This document shows positions 40,401-63,821 of a DNA stretch of 64,000 nt, piece by piece (position 1 is the first letter of the stretch; every line of letters starts with the position of its first letter). The stretch lies in NCBI GenBank assembly GCA_964035545.1, contig OZ037772.1, positions 6,494,889-6,558,888 of the forward strand, written 5' to 3'. A program made the position numbers and the translations under genes. Under the pieces are notes generated by a model. The model saw only the letters and a program-made list of their open reading frames with translations, was not told where the DNA came from and ran no database searches. This stretch comes from Bugula neritina. Taxonomy: Eukaryota; Animalia; Bryozoa.

Positions 40401-40683
40401 TAAATGTCCTGCCTCTATATATTTCGTGAGTTGTTAAGCAACTTGTGACAATATGAGAAATAATGGGGGTATATTGTATATTAGTAACAGTCATTTCTAA
40501 ATTGAACCGTTATCAAATGATTTAGCAAGGCAATCCCATTAGATAGTGAGTCCAGTTAAAGGCCCAGTTCAATATAATTGACTTAAGAAATTGAATGGTT
40601 CTATAAGCAGCTCTGAGTTGGGAGTGACTGAGTGCATCTCTTCCTATAGGGTCATGTGGAGACATCAATTTGCTGCGGTATCG

Positions 40684-42019
40684 TCACAAGCTTGCTCTGT
40701 AAGTCACCAAATCTCTGGAAACACTTTGAACATCTGTGACACCTGAAAACACAATATGACTTTGAGATTGGTCAAATTCTTATAAATTGCTAATGGTTTT
40801 GTAACATTAATAACTATTTCATCAGCAGTAGCACATAGAGAACACAACTCTAGTATAAGTAAAGCATCGTGCTTTGGCATTTTACTACTGGTCAAATTAA
40901 TATATTTGAAGCATTTATTAGTAATCTTATCATGCAGTATAATATTAGGTGACACCCAAACATCCCTTGTTGTTTTTGCTCTTAGCTTTCTGTTGTTAGA
41001 AACCCCGTAGGCCCTGTGGTGGAATGGCTATATAGCAGGCTAAGTTTGCAACCAGGAGCTGTCGGGTTTGAATCCCAGTGACAGCCAAAGTTTTTACACT
41101 TTTGCATATTATACAACTTATAATAAATTTAAATATTTTTAAATATGCAAGTGAGAAAACTAAATTTGAATTTCTAACATATGAGTCCATTTCTAAAACA
41201 TGTGAAAAATAGTTTAGTATTACCTGACAGTTGCATGGCTAGCTTGAGTTCATTGCGTAGAATGGTAAGGACATTCCGGGCACCTTCCTCACCCTGGTAA
41301 AATATCATAGTAAGAACTACTCTAATACCTGTGTTTGATTATACTGCATATACTGACACCAGGATTGTGAAGAAAGTCAGCAAATAGCTTAGAAATGTTG
41401 CAACTTCATATAATTAAAACAAACACAGTTGATTTTATTATTTCTATTTTTGAATAAATGATGAAAAAGTCAAAAGGTCCTTGTAGTTGATGATCCCCAG
41501 ACTAAACTCATAGCCTGCAGTACTTACAGCTACAGTGAGGCCGTACAGCGGAGGCCTACCAACAAACACAGCTCTTGCCCCCAAGGCTAAGGCTTTCAGA
41601 ACATCAGTGCCAGTTCTGACTCCACCATCTAAATATACTTCTGCTTTACCATTGACTGCTTTCACTACTTCTGAGAGGACTGATATCTGATTAATAAAGA
41701 AAATAAAAAAGGAAACTTGTAGGAATAAGTTTCAGGTACAACTTTAGTATGTATAGAGTAGCAGACGTATCAATTAGCAGATGTATCACAGCAGACCAAT
41801 CACAGCAGACGTGTCACAGCAGACGAATCAAAGCAGACGCGTCAGAGAAGCCTTAATAGAATTATTTATAGTTGATGTTTCTGAGCAGACATATTACTTA
41901 CTGTAGAACAGACCCCATCCAACTGTCGTCCACCATGATTTGATACATAAATAGCTTTACACCCTGACTCCAGTGCTTTTACCGCATCAACTCCTATATA
42001 GTCATATATACATATAATC

Positions 42020-42100
<81 letters not shown>

Positions 42101-45100
42101 TATATATATTCACATATAATTATGCATATAATTATATAAATATATATCTTGTACATATGTATAACCATGTGAATACATATACTCACATATAATATACATA
42201 TAACCATTTACGCACATATATCCATACACAGAAATTCATATATACAAGCATTCATATATACACACATTCGTATATACACACATTCATATAAACACACATT
42301 CATATATAACATACATTCATATATACACAATAGATCTCAGCCAATCTCTCACCTGTGAGAACTCCCTTAGCAATAACAGGCAGATTAGTTATAGTTGTCA
42401 GCCACCGAATATCCTCCCAAGTTAACGTGTTGTCAAACATGGTGTGCAGAACTGCATATTTATTATTCTGACTCGACTGTAGCGGGCTTTTGAGGGAGTC
42501 TAAGTTCTTAAAACTGAAAATAAATCTACGGTCCAACAAGAATTGTTTACAATTCTTATCAAATGATTAATGAACTGTTGAGTTATATACTTTCAGTACC
42601 TAACATCACAAGGATAAAACTTATGAGGGTAAAAAACTAACACTGTAAGAAACAACTCTGTTAAATTCTGCATTATTATTATATTAGAGTATACAGGAAA
42701 TGTGACCCACGAGCTGGAAAATGTAGAAGAAGGATGGCCTGGTAGATATCCAACAGCTTGTAAAACTTAGTGTGTTTATATGAGTTTAAGAGCTCAACAA
42801 TTTGTCTAGGGTAGAAATATTTTGGTGTGTTATAGGAGGTTGGTCCTATTGGCTGAGCCTACTTGAAAAAAGACAATGTGAAAGTGATTAAAACAGAAAT
42901 GACCAAGTTGAGGTTGCACAGGTAAAATACCTGAGGTGTGGAGGGAGTGAGAACTTGTTAGTAATACTAGTTCTACGTGTGCCTTGTTCTGGTCTATCAA
43001 CTGTCACCACTAGAGCCTTACAACCAGCTCTCTCGGCCTGCTTCACCAGCTGTCTGGTCAGATCTCTGTCTCTGTGGAGGTCAACAAGTACAGTAACACA
43101 AGTCTTGACAAATACATTCAGCATCAAATAAAAGCTCCCAAACATGATGGGAGGTATGGGTGAAAATGTGAATAGATGACCCTTATTCAAAGTTGTTGCA
43201 AAGTTATTATAGCTTCAGTACCTGAACTGAAAAGATCAACAGTGAAATATTAGCCTGTGGTTATTAAATATAGTAAGTAAGTAAGTAAGTAAGTAGGTAA
43301 ATAAGTAGGTAAGCTAGTAAGTAGGTAAGTAAGTAAGTAAGTAAACAAGTAAGTAGATAAGTATAAGTAAGTAAATAAGGGAATAAGTAATTTATAGGTA
43401 ACCAAGAAAGTAAGAAAATGAGTAAGTAGGCAAAGAGGTAGCTAAGTAAACGTGTGACTAAGTGAGTAGGTAGGCAAGTAAGTAAACAGATAACTAAGTT
43501 AGTAAGTAAGTAACTAAATAAGTAAATAGGTAATAAAACAGGAAGTAGGTTTCTAACTGATTTGGACTCATTTTCATTCTAACAAATATATATTTTAACA
43601 TGAATGCTATATTGATGTAAGTTATATGTGAACTATCTTTGAAAATATAGAAGAGCTATGTTTACCTATATCTAAAATACAATACTACTCTATTCCCATG
43701 TTTATCTGATATAAGAATGATAATTGGTGAGAAATATCAAAACTTAGCTGAATGGTAAGAGATTACAACAAAATATTCAATTAGGTGCAGTAGTGGAGAA
43801 ATTGAGATAGCCTAAAGATCTCTAACTTTCTAGATAAATTTTGTTTTGGGGCTCTAGTTAAAATTATTGCAGGACTTGGACTTGCTACATTTCTAACATA
43901 GAATACAGGCTTTACTCAATTTCTTCATTACTGCACCTACCTTTGAGTTAATTGATTAAATGAGCTGTTTGTATCGACACGCCTGATTGGTTGAATGGCA
44001 GTCCATACTTGCAGACGTATAGCTGAAACCACAGAAGAAGTTCTGGAACATTCTCTGCTAGTTTTCCCAGACTCACAGTTGACCCTGTACTCAGGCACAT
44101 GCAGGTCCCAAGAAAAGCACTGGCTGAAAAAGAGATCACTTGATTGGATAAAAGGCTGCTACGGCTTTATCAATTGAACAAGATTGAAAGTAGTAGAAGA
44201 GGACATTTCAAACTATCAAATATAACTGATTAAAAGAAATTATCAAAATTATCAAACAAACAAAACTCTTTAAAAGATCGGTCATCGTCTGCTGTAAAAC
44301 ACACAAATTATTGAAAGATGAACAAATGTGGTTAACATCAAACACATAGGCCCTGTTAAGTAGTGGTGTACAAAATAGTTCATCTTTACCTCGTGCCATA
44401 GCTAGTTCTCCATCAGAGTGTGCCAACTTCTGTATTCCAGTCGGTGCTACGCAGACAGGAAATGAGATTTCATGGCCGAGTAGAGTAGTTTTCATGTTTA
44501 TATTTGACACGTCTACCATCATTCTAGGTCTTAATCTTAGCCTAAAAAACGCAATAAAATCCACTCTAACTGCTATTTTACAAGTATTATATATTTATAC
44601 ATACATTATATACACATAAATATTAAGAATTTTTGAAGAGGTGATGCTTCAGAAATGGCAAATGTTGCAGTTGTTTGTATGGGAGATAACCTAAAATTTG
44701 ATCTAAAGTAAAGTATGATGAAGCATTTTTTCTTGTATAGAATATCGTAAATTCTCTCCTGCAGTATGAGTCATTGTTTGATGCAGGGGAGAAAAATTTC
44801 GTTACGCTTGATTTAGTGCATCACATACATGGATACAAGACACAACATTCCACAAGGATAGAAAAACTTCCAACTATTTATAACCAGTATGCATTTTTAT
44901 AACTCACAATATGTGTAAAAATTTTATGCGGTGAGGGTTTTAGGTAATCACATATAGGGATAGGCAGAGAAATTGCAGAGAAATTGAGAAAAGGCTGGGT
45001 TCTAGAATAGAAATGTTATAGCAACAGAAATTATATTCGCAGTCCTCTCAGGAGCTTCAACCGTGCCCCAAACCAAAAAATTTATTAAGCAAATGTTAGA

Positions 45101-45499
45101 ACTGAGGCTATGTCAACTTCTCAAATACTGCTTCTACAAGCAAATGTGTTATAGTGTCAAACTGTTACGACAACACATGAATAAAGAGAGGAAAATCTAG
45201 CACAAAAATGACAAAATCCAGGCATCTTTCCTGAGAGTTTTAGTTTCTATACCATGTCATCTATCAACACAACATCATGTCTGTCTATAACCAGTGAACC
45301 ATGACAACCACCTGCATAGTGTGTCACAGAGCGGGCAGCTGCTTCCTACTATGACTCACCGCCGAAAATCAGCAACGTTGTCGGAAAGAGTTTTCCCATC
45401 GTCAGCGCCGCAAGAATAGTAATCCCGGACTCTCTTGTCTAAGAGGGACAAAGCCTGTTCTTCGTAATCATTAACACAGACCAAACTGTTGGTAGCCAT
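40684..45499 (-). CDS. HAO: FMN-dependent 2-hydroxy-acid oxidase (HAO/glycolate oxidase family), copy a; 9 exons, 362 aa
   Basis: Exons 45499-45360, 44541-44390, 44123-44009, 43071-42931, 42513-42353, 41993-41902, 41686-41528, 41293-41224, 40742-40684 (1089 nt). Motifs [73 protein letters not shown]. Confidence 0.95.
43272..43530. repeat. Degenerate (AAGT)n microsatellite in HAO-a intron 3
   Basis: Direct observation. Confidence 0.85.
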
Positions 45500-45802
45500 T
45501 GCAAAGCTCTCTTTCTATACTAGTAACGTAGCTACTACTGCAAGCTACCTGCATAATATCTTTATCCTGCTATATTTTAACCACTAGGAGATAAAAGGAA
45601 GATTTATCAGTTTTAACCTTTGACCACACAAAATATTTGACCTAGAAACTTTAGCTATACCAGAGCTGTATCGGAAGGTCAATGTTATATGTCTTGGAGA
45701 AAGCAATGGACTTGCGTAATCAGCTGATACTTGCTTCTGATTGACTGAAGAGTATAACGCACACTCTCTTTGCTATAATGATGAAACATACAGGAATATT
45801 AA

Positions 45803-46146
45803 GCCTAGGGCCACACGGCGCGTATTTTCGCATGCGAAAATTGAAATCACAAGTAGCAAAGGTGTCCACTGTGCGCGTTGAGAAAACATTCGCACTTGTC
45901 GCTCTGCATTTTCAACGCAAGTGCGAATCGTCTCTGTCGTCGTCACCTAATTGGCTGGTAGTTATTCAGCGAGCCCAATTTCTTTATTTTAGTGCTACAT
46001 TCCAGTAAATTGCGTTTTATTGAAAGCGAGTGCGATTTAAAAATGAATGCTTTATTTATCACGCATCACTGACGCTACAGTGGACACCTTTGCTACTTGT
46101 GATTTCATTTTTCGCATGCGAAAATACGCACCGTGTGGCCCTAGGC
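45803..46146. mobile_element. PIF/Harbinger-type MITE with ~70-bp TIRs
   Basis: TAA|GCCTAGGGCCACACGGCGCGTATTTTCGCATGCGAAAA ... TTTTCGCATGCGAAAATACGCACCGTGTGGCCCTAGGC|TAA; ~300 bp upstream of the HAO-a ATG. Confidence 0.9.
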
Positions 46147-47407
46147 TAATAGACGCTTACGATATATTGTACTCATTATATTGAAACTTGGTAGAAGCAG
46201 CACCAATTCAGTGGTCACTGACTGCAGTGATACAAAAAAGCCCAACCTTATTTCTAATTTTGCATTTTTTAAGACATGCAAATAGACCATTAAGTCTAAC
46301 CTGCCATCCAATCTCACCATAGCTATATATGAGTACCTTCAATGCTATTAAAATAATATTAAAACATGATTCTATCTATTCAAGTCATTAGAACTTTTGA
46401 CATAAATTAGTATTACATATAATAAGCTCCTGACCATTACTCACTTTAGAGCATATAACAGTATACATGCTTATAAAATTAATTCATCACTTCAACACAT
46501 TTATATTGCAGCGTCTTACCATCAAACTTATAATGTCATATCAACATTTTCTTCAATCAATATGTTGTACAATCTAACCATTCAACCATTATTTGGATTT
46601 TGAAACATACTTCTTTTACTATCTCACATGTAGATGTATGTGAGCTAAGTACAAAAATTATTTTTTGGCCTCCAACTGCCTGGTTGGAAATCATTGATCG
46701 GAAGTAGAAAACTCCTATTATGTAATAGACATTTCATAAATTGTTGCACTTTCTCAAAGATCATATATTAAAATGATAAAATACACACAGGAAATATGCA
46801 GAGTATAATTTAGCTTATTTAAAAGGTCATGGTGAGGCTCTGAGGGTAACTCTTTTACTTAAACAAAACTATTGCAGTACTGGCATTGTGTAGCAGATGA
46901 GGCGCTGTGCTACAAAATGAAACATTTTAAGAAATCTAAAATGACAAAAAACCCAAGCTAATATTTGTAGTTATATATCTCCAACAGCATGTTTGTATTA
47001 TGGCTGTTATAGGTTTTACATTTGTATACAATCATATATTTTTATAATAACATGCATAGTTTGAACAATATGAAATACAATAATATTTGAAAGCAAACAA
47101 AGTGTTATTAGGAGTTATGTGCACCACATGTGACAGTCAATGAATAATGAAAGATGCTTTTACAAGTAAAACACTACGTACTATAGTTTAATAGTTAGTA
47201 CATTAAGTACTATGCTATAATAATACATCAAGTAACAACAATTCATAGAGTATTTATCTCTGCAGGACGCCAAAGACGATGATTTCATAGAATAACATGT
47301 TAAATACTATTTACTAAGCAGTACATTAGGCAGTAAATTCAGTATAACCACATTAAGTCACTTCTGTTTCACGGAATCACATCCAGGTGACTTGACTACT
47401 TGAACCC

Positions 47408-52845
<5,438 letters not shown>

Positions 52846-53268
52846 TGTTTAGAGTACTTTATTAGTGCAACTATAATAAATAGTTATTGCATTTACTGCG
52901 GTCTAAATTCCTGTTTTAACTTCTTGAACTTCTGACATCTAGCTGGTGGCACAAATTGAAATGAGTTTTTTGCAACAGTTATGACCAATGGACTTGGAAA
53001 CGATATTATTTCTAGTCCAGTGGTTCAGTACTGTAGTCTAAGGTTAATAGGCCTCATGTATCTTTAGGCTGGGGACCTGCTGTGTAAAGTACATCTGATG
53101 AGTTCTATAAAACTTGTTATGGAATAATTAGTGGCTCTCTCTGAACTTAGGCCTATAAGAAGTAACCTCCAATTATTTTTCATTCATTACACTATGAAAG
53201 TGAGTCACGGATGTGTTTTAAAAAATTAGACTTTTGAAAGTCCTAAATGATCAGCGAAAGCTCTAGAT

Positions 53269-54989
53269 CAGGGCTGTCCAACAGGCGGCCGCGGGCCGGA
53301 TCCGGCCCTCCAGCTATATTTGTGTGGCCCCCCAAGGTATAGCCAGTTACAAATTTTTGTTCATCAAATTTGCTAACTAGCCTGAAACAGCAGCACATAG
53401 GATAGTTGAGAGCATCCCACTATGAATTTCTATTAAAATGTAGTTTAAGTTCTTCTACAATATTGTTCTGTGGGTGGCATGCGTGTTGCCTACTTGTCAT
53501 TGTTTAGCCTGCAGATCAAACTACAACCAATAACAGCAAGCTAGTCATTATAGTCTGTTAGCTAGCAAGCCTGTGACTTATAGCAATGTAGACGCCTATA
53601 ACATTATAATATGCTCATCTCTACGCGTTCACTGAAGTGTGAAGTTATGCACAGTGCTTACTAGTGAAAAAGAAATATACCATTTCCAGTGTAAAAATCC
53701 ACAATTTATATTAAATCTAAAAGTCATTGCTTTTTTATTCAGATATCATGTTTTCCTGCTAAGATATTTTATTGGTACTAAAAAAAATCAACTTTTGAGG
53801 CAAAGTTAGCCAAAAATGTGCAGTTTTTTTCTATAACTTTGCAAAAGAATGAAAAAATTCCAAAAAAGTTGCACTGGGAAAAATAAGATTCACAACATAG
53901 TTTTTTTATTTTAATTCTAGTAGCCTACAATCAAATGAGATTGTTTTTACTGGTACTGAATTTTTACACAGTTACAATGCAAACCTCAGCAAGGCAGTTG
54001 CAGCTAAAAAGTTGCCCTTAGCTATCCTGTGCAGACAGATATTTTAAAGTAATTTAAACAGGACTGGCCATATAGAGACAAGACTTTTTTGAAAGTATAG
54101 CTAAGATCTCATTTTTATTGATTGTATTGTGAAAGATAAGTAATTGAAGAATCCCTGACACACTTCACTTATGCAGTACTAAAGTATTATTGCGTATATG
54201 TTCGTTTTCATTTACATACTGTTTTAAGGTTAGATGCCTAAACAATTTTGTTTTATAATGAATTTTGTGCGAGTATGTACTGAAATGATTTGGGAGTTGT
54301 AATCATCTTGACCTTTGACCTTTAACTGCTTGTTAGACGCTGCACTGCACTGAGACTGCACTGCACTGAGACGGCTTGAAGGTTTGAACTTTCAATTTTC
54401 AGTCAAATGAAATACACAAAATAGATACTACACTTCACTCACTAATCAGCACATAGTCCAGCAACTAAGGGTTGCATGTTCTGATACGAAACTAGATATT
54501 AACAGAATTGTTCAAGGCAAACAGTACTCACTGTGTACTCACAACTGTCTCACTGATGGTTGTAAAATACAACTATACCGGTATTAGTACAGACTTTTAG
54601 CACTGGCGCATCTTGTTTAAATTTGCATGTGCAATCATGAATATATACTTTGTATGTATATATGTATAATTTTTTATGCACAAACATAAATGCATATATA
54701 ATTATTGATTATTTAAGTAATAAAAATGAAAGGTTTCTTGTTTACCTATTTTAATTAAATGCATATATATGCACATACACACACGTAAGTAATATATATC
54801 TATTTAAATATATTATAATTTTAATAAACATGCAAAGCCTAGCCATTGCTTATAATTATAATACATATAGCCTGCAGATGTTTAATGAATCTTGAAAATT
54901 GATTTTAAAAACAGAAAAGATTTTGTGGCCCTCGGCCCAAGCTAAAACTTGCAGACTGGCCCTCGGTCTGAAAAGGTTGGACACCCCTG
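53269..54989. mobile_element. Non-autonomous hAT (Charlie-like) transposon, 1721 bp
   Basis: CTCTAGAT|CAGGGCTGTCCAAC ... GTTGGACACCCCTG|CTCTAGAT; perfect 8-bp TSD of the NTCTAGAN type; no transposase ORF. Confidence 0.93.
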
Positions 54990-55701
54990 CTCTAGATTGT
55001 TCCGTGCACCCAGTAAGCCACAAAAGCTCTTCAAATTTTCAAAAATAAGTCAGAAGTTGTCTTCTCTTAATTTTTGTTTAAATCGGTTCAATATCTTGAA
55101 ATTATTAAAGATACTTCATTTGATATAATTATACCTAAAAATTTCTGCAAGTTTCCTCCTTTTTTCAAAATATCTAGACTGTTTTGTCTGTCCAGGTAAA
55201 AACAAAAACTTTTTAAACTTTTTTCAGGAGTTGTTTTCCTCTAGTTTTGTTTAAATCGGTTAAATATCTTAAAATTATTAAAGATAATGATTTTAAATAA
55301 TCATAATTTCACAAAAAGTAATGAGAATCATGAGTAGGTTGTCTAAACTTTGGAGGGTATTTTAAATTTGTACGATATTGAGATTTACCAACAATTATTT
55401 AAATTGAACTATATATTATTATATAAGAAATGTGTTTAAAACAATGATGTTGGTTATACCATACCATATCATACAACTATTACCTGCAGAATTAACACAA
55501 CACAGGAAGTGTTACCTGCAGAATATAAGTATAATATACTATACCTGAACACATCATATTAATTATGTGGATGAAATCAGAATACTTTTAGTTTAAAAAT
55601 CTATGCAATGGATAAAGCAATACAGGACAAAGTATGGTAAGCATTACATCACCTCTGCTTCCTGTAGAAATCACATCTAGGTGAACTGACTACTTGGACC
55701 C

Positions 55702-58700
55702 TTACAGACGTGCTGCGTAAGTAACTAAACTCTGTGGAACACCCTCTACGTCTGTTACTCCTGAAATTGACACAATAAATTGAAAGCCGCTAAATGCTAT
55801 AATATATTAAATAACTGCAATATTAAAATTTATAATATTCTGGTGTTTGTATTAAATGTGTGTTGGTTAGCTCTTGCTCAAGAATTGAATTATCTTTTTA
55901 CAAAAAAATATTGGGAAGCACTATACTCTTGCTCCACAGTATGGTGAGCTGATAATTGTAAAATTCAACTTTTTAATTTGAATACAATCATCCCTTGAAA
56001 CGAACTTTTAAATAGTTGCACTTGTGCGATCAACTCAATTTTTTAAATATTGTCAAACGAAAATAAAATTAATGTTTTTTTTAAAAGTATATTTAAATTA
56101 ATATTATAAATTTACATATTAAATTATTTATTAAAATGTATTTTCCTGGATTTATTACTTGAAATAAAGTAAATTTTCACCCAATAATTGATCAAAGGGA
56201 AGACAATTAACAATTTAGAAATTACTTGATAATTTTGCTTTTGAAATTAGTGTATGCAATCCAGCAACTGTGGAAAGAAAATAGGAGTTATCTCCGCTCG
56301 ACAAATGTTTATTTATGGTTTGGTAATATCATTTATGTATAAACATATGTGTGGTTCTATGTGTATTGTGTAATGGTAGCACTCGGGTTATAAATTTCGT
56401 GAGACAAATTTAGGACCTGCCTCTCCAGAAATGAATAAACCTATGGATTTTGTATATGTTTTAGAATATCTATTTGATAATAATATGGAAACAAAATTAT
56501 AAGACAAGTAAAATTATTATAATAACCAAACCCAAAAGAAATAAAATAAATATATCTATATCCTAGCAATCCTTTGAAATCCCGCTGTGTATAATTTACT
56601 GCATGGCAACAAAAAATTGATAAGCCTGTTATACATAAATTTGGTGTAACTTTAAAGATCAAACGATTCCATCAAGACAGTTTCCCCAAACAACCTATGT
56701 AACTCAAATAAATTCCTAATTTCAACAATATTCCTTCGAGTGCAATTCGCGTGACTTTAAAATAAACTTTTCAATTCAATGATAGCTTCTCCAAGCACAA
56801 GTTATAAAAATATAGCAAAACAAACAATAATAAAAAAAACTAGTACATCACAAAAAAATAGATCAAGTTACTTACAATGAAGCTTCTCAGTCCGAAATTA
56901 ATTAGATTTAATTCAGTTAAATATAATCTAAATTATGTCACACAAAACTAAGCACACTGCAACTCCTCCGATCGTTTTACATGTTGCTGCCTCTGTGCTG
57001 CCTTTTATAGTCGACGTGTTTTGGATTTCGAGGTATTAGCGGTAGCTTTAATTTGAATGATCAACCAAGTAAGTTGCTCGTTGGCCCGCAGCTTCAGGTT
57101 AAAAAATGTAATAGGAAAGGAGTTGTTAATGGAACTTCTTGGCTTTGATTATATAAAAATATTTAAGGATTATAAGCTATACCAGCATCATTTCTACCAT
57201 GTCCCATATTCTGGAATATATGTTTTATAACAAAATTATATATATATAATAATATGTACTATAGTTGTTCACGTGTTGACTTTGAAAGTATTAGGTTTTA
57301 TAGGTGAAGTAAACACAAGGTTATATCAAATCTGTATAATTCATCAAGTATATAATTAATATTAAATGTCATCTATATATGTTAGTATGACTGAATAATC
57401 ATATACGTCCCAGTTTTATTCATGTTTGTTTACCATTTATTGTTCATGTAAGACGAGGTTAAAATTACAAATCCCAACACATGAACAAAAGTATGTAGGG
57501 CCTAAGTAAAATTATCCCTACACCACAATTACTTGTATAATACCATATTACGTATACTAAGCATATTATATTTGCATTATTCAAAGAGCTTTAAATCATA
57601 CGTTTAATATGTTAATGTTTAAAGCAATTTCCATGTGATATCATGGCGGTTGGTTCATTTGCACATTTTAGTTTCAGCCGTACTCAAGTATCAAGTCCAT
57701 TGCTTTCAGAATATGTCTTCCACATTCTTTCTTGAATTTTGTAGATAAACTGTAATCTACATACAGTGATGGAGTAGATATAATAATTTATAGTTACGTC
57801 AACCTGTCACAGCAGTCATCTCACTGAAAGTCACAAGGAGGCAGGCAAACCTCGGCACCAGCAGAACCATATATCAGCAAGTTGGTGGAATATCTTAAAG
57901 GTATAACTTGTGAAATACAGAAGTAAGAGTTAAGCATAAAAGGAAAGAAAGCCTAATTATAATTATTTACTGTTTCAGATACTACTCTGCAAAAACACAA
58001 AACACCATGTATTCTCTTATCTGACAATATTCAGATTTCAAATTTGAAACAAAATTGTTTGTTCTAATTTAGATGAAATTTTAGTGTTATACCTGAGATT
58101 TGGTTGGCTAGCTTGAGCTCACTAGGTAGAATGGTAAGGACATTCCTGGCACCGTCCTCACCCTAGTAAAATATCATAGCTTAAGAACTACTCAAACACA
58201 CACAAAAAACAACCATATATGTTTGTGCTAAAAGCAGTCATGGCTTATGTTAAACTAATCATCGCAAAATCACATTATATAAATATATCTTGAATCATTT
58301 TCCATAACCAGACTGTGGTAACTTCGGTAGTTGTGAATTCGGCTTATATGGTAGGCTAAGCAATGGCCGGCAGATTGTTGTTAAAAAATACTCAATCATT
58401 TTCAAAAAGTCTTTGGATTTGGCTAGGGATACACAAATCAAGGTTATTATTGGTGTTAACCGTGGCTAACATTTTTTGAACTTTGTTGAGCTCCAAATGC
58501 CCTTTTGCCAGACTTACATTATTATAGGAGAGTTTTGATCATCTAGGCCCTAAGGCTAGGGTCTAGGGAACCTAACCCTTCTACCCCCCCCCCCATTCAA
58601 AGCAATACTTTCTTTGAAGTCACACATCGTACAAAACACAGTGCTGCCTCACACTCACCTCTTAAAGTCAGTCGTGATGTCAGAAAATTTGCTCATTGTT

Positions 58701-58796
58701 GGCACCTCCATAGAAAAAGTCACCAGTTTTTGCATCCAACAACTTCAGTGCCAGTTGTTCATAATCCTTTACGCAGACGTAAGTACTAGTAGCCAT
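55702..58796 (-). pseudogene. HAO pseudogene (copy c): exons 1, 8 and 9 only
   Basis: Exon 1 (58796-58659) has a 2-nt deletion giving ...EQIF*. Intron 1 sequence runs into exon 8 (~58162-58093); last exon 55760-55702 (..YAARL*). Exons 2-7 are missing. Confidence 0.9.
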
Positions 58797-59786
58797 TGTT
58801 TAGAAGACTCTGTTAGAACTACTAATAATTCCTTATTTTACTGTAGTCTATATTGTTACTGTTTAGACTGTATAATATAACTTAATAGTACTACTGCTCA
58901 TAATATGAATACAGTTGTGTGATACTAGCTAAGTTTAGCTAATAGTAGCTGTCTTCAGCATGTCAACTGGCAAGTTTTGTATATATTACTATCTTAGTGT
59001 TAACCTTTGACTCCCAACTGCCTACAAGAGTTGAAAAGAGTTATTTGCATCAGTTGAGGGGGGGCAACCCACTGACGTCATGACAAAAAGCGTTATTTAC
59101 TGCGCATCATTTTTGAGCAGATATGAGAGGGGTGAATTGTTTACATCGGAAATTAGACATGTGCTTGATCGGTTAACAGGTAATCAATGTATACTAGCAG
59201 CTCCGAGTTGCTGGTGCATGAGTGCAGTAGTTTCGCTTTCCGAATGTGAACTTGGAGGTCTCAATAAACACCAACTCCAACCTTGAGAACCGTGAACTAC
59301 TGCACTCAGTCACCCCCAACGTTCAACTGCAAGTCAAACCAATCTGAGTAGACCTAGAATTACTCAACTAGTATAGTAGTATTACTATAAGTATGAGTAT
59401 TTGTATACAATCATATAATTTTATAATAACATGCATAGTTTAAACAATATGCAATACAACAATATTTGAAAGCAAACAAAGTGTTATTAGGAGTTATATG
59501 CACCACATGTGACAGTCAACAAATAATGAAAGATCCTTTTACAAGTAAAACACTACGTACTATAGTTTAATAGGTAGTACATTAAGTACTATGCTATAAT
59601 ACATCAAGTAACAACAATTCATAGAGTATTTATCTCTGCAGAATACCAAAGACGATGACTTCATAGAGTAACATGTTGAATACTATTTATTAAGCAGTAC
59701 ATTAGGCAGTAAATTCAGTATAACCACATTAAGTCACTTCTGTTTCACGGAATCACATCCAGGTGACTTGACTACATTTTGGACCC

Positions 59787-62746
<2,960 letters not shown>

Positions 62747-63821
62747 CTAAAACATAATCAAAGAAATTCAATACCTAATTATGGTATGATAACGTATATT
62801 GGCATCAACTAAACACAATATAAATGCCGCCATATTACAATTGAGGATATAGAACCTTTAAAAACATGTTCCTGAACTAGCTATTTGTATACTTACAGTT
62901 TTTTTCTCATTTAGGAATATCAACATATTTTTTTAAGTTTTTAGAAATGAAACTATGTTCAAAGCATTAATTCATACCCTGTTTACATCATGCTTATTAT
63001 TAATCGCCTATGCTTTATATTTTTATCCATTGAGACAATTAAAACAATTTAAAAAAATAATTGCATGCATAATTGTTTAGCCTCGTCATTTACTCAATCA
63101 GATATGGCAGTTAAGGAGGGGCATGTAAAGGCCACTAGGCTATCAACTTTTAATACATCGGAAACAAAACAAACTTCAAATTGAATTAAAGTGATTAAGA
63201 AATTCGTATTTGACAACATCAGCTGTGCGTTTTAGCATCTAGCAAACAATAGTCAATGGTCATGAACATTGGCGCAAGGGTTTGAGTCAGCAATTTTATA
63301 GTGATGCTGCCATTCTCAACAATCTTCCCATAGCATTCTGGAGATGGTGCATTGATAAAGGCAATTGTTGCCCTCTTCTAAATTTGAATTTGACACCAGT
63401 GGCTGTGTGTTTTAATGATCGTGAACATATCCAACATCATGGAGCAAAGTGAGTGTCAAAGCATTTTGTAGCCATTAATTTCATGGAAGAGAGATGTCAT
63501 AATACAAATCTGTTTACATTCTAAGCTCCTCTCACTTATTATATGTAAATAAATACAGCATTATATATGATAAATCATAATAAGCCAGTATCTGATTCAC
63601 ATCAATTTATGAGTACCTAGGAATTATGAATTATATTTGCAAATAAACTACAACAAATGAGACATTATAGGACATAACTTGTCAAGCTTCAGGATTTGAA
63701 GTATGTGTAATTGAAGTATCTTATGTAACTTTTATGCAGTTGCAATATCTGCATCCACCACAACCTGCATATTCAGACTCAACTTTTATTTGTAGAGGTC
63801 ATTATTGGTCCAAGTCACTAG

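Noticed and set aside
53094-53130. CTGATGA followed by a possible stem (hammerhead-like); also CTGACGA at 4467 and CTGATGA at 14808
   Set aside because: No GAAA-stem III-NUH in the required position.
55950-57900. Extra ~2 kb in the last intron of the HAO pseudogene, possibly a transposon
   Set aside because: I could not define TIRs, a TSD or coding remnants by eye, so it is left unannotated.
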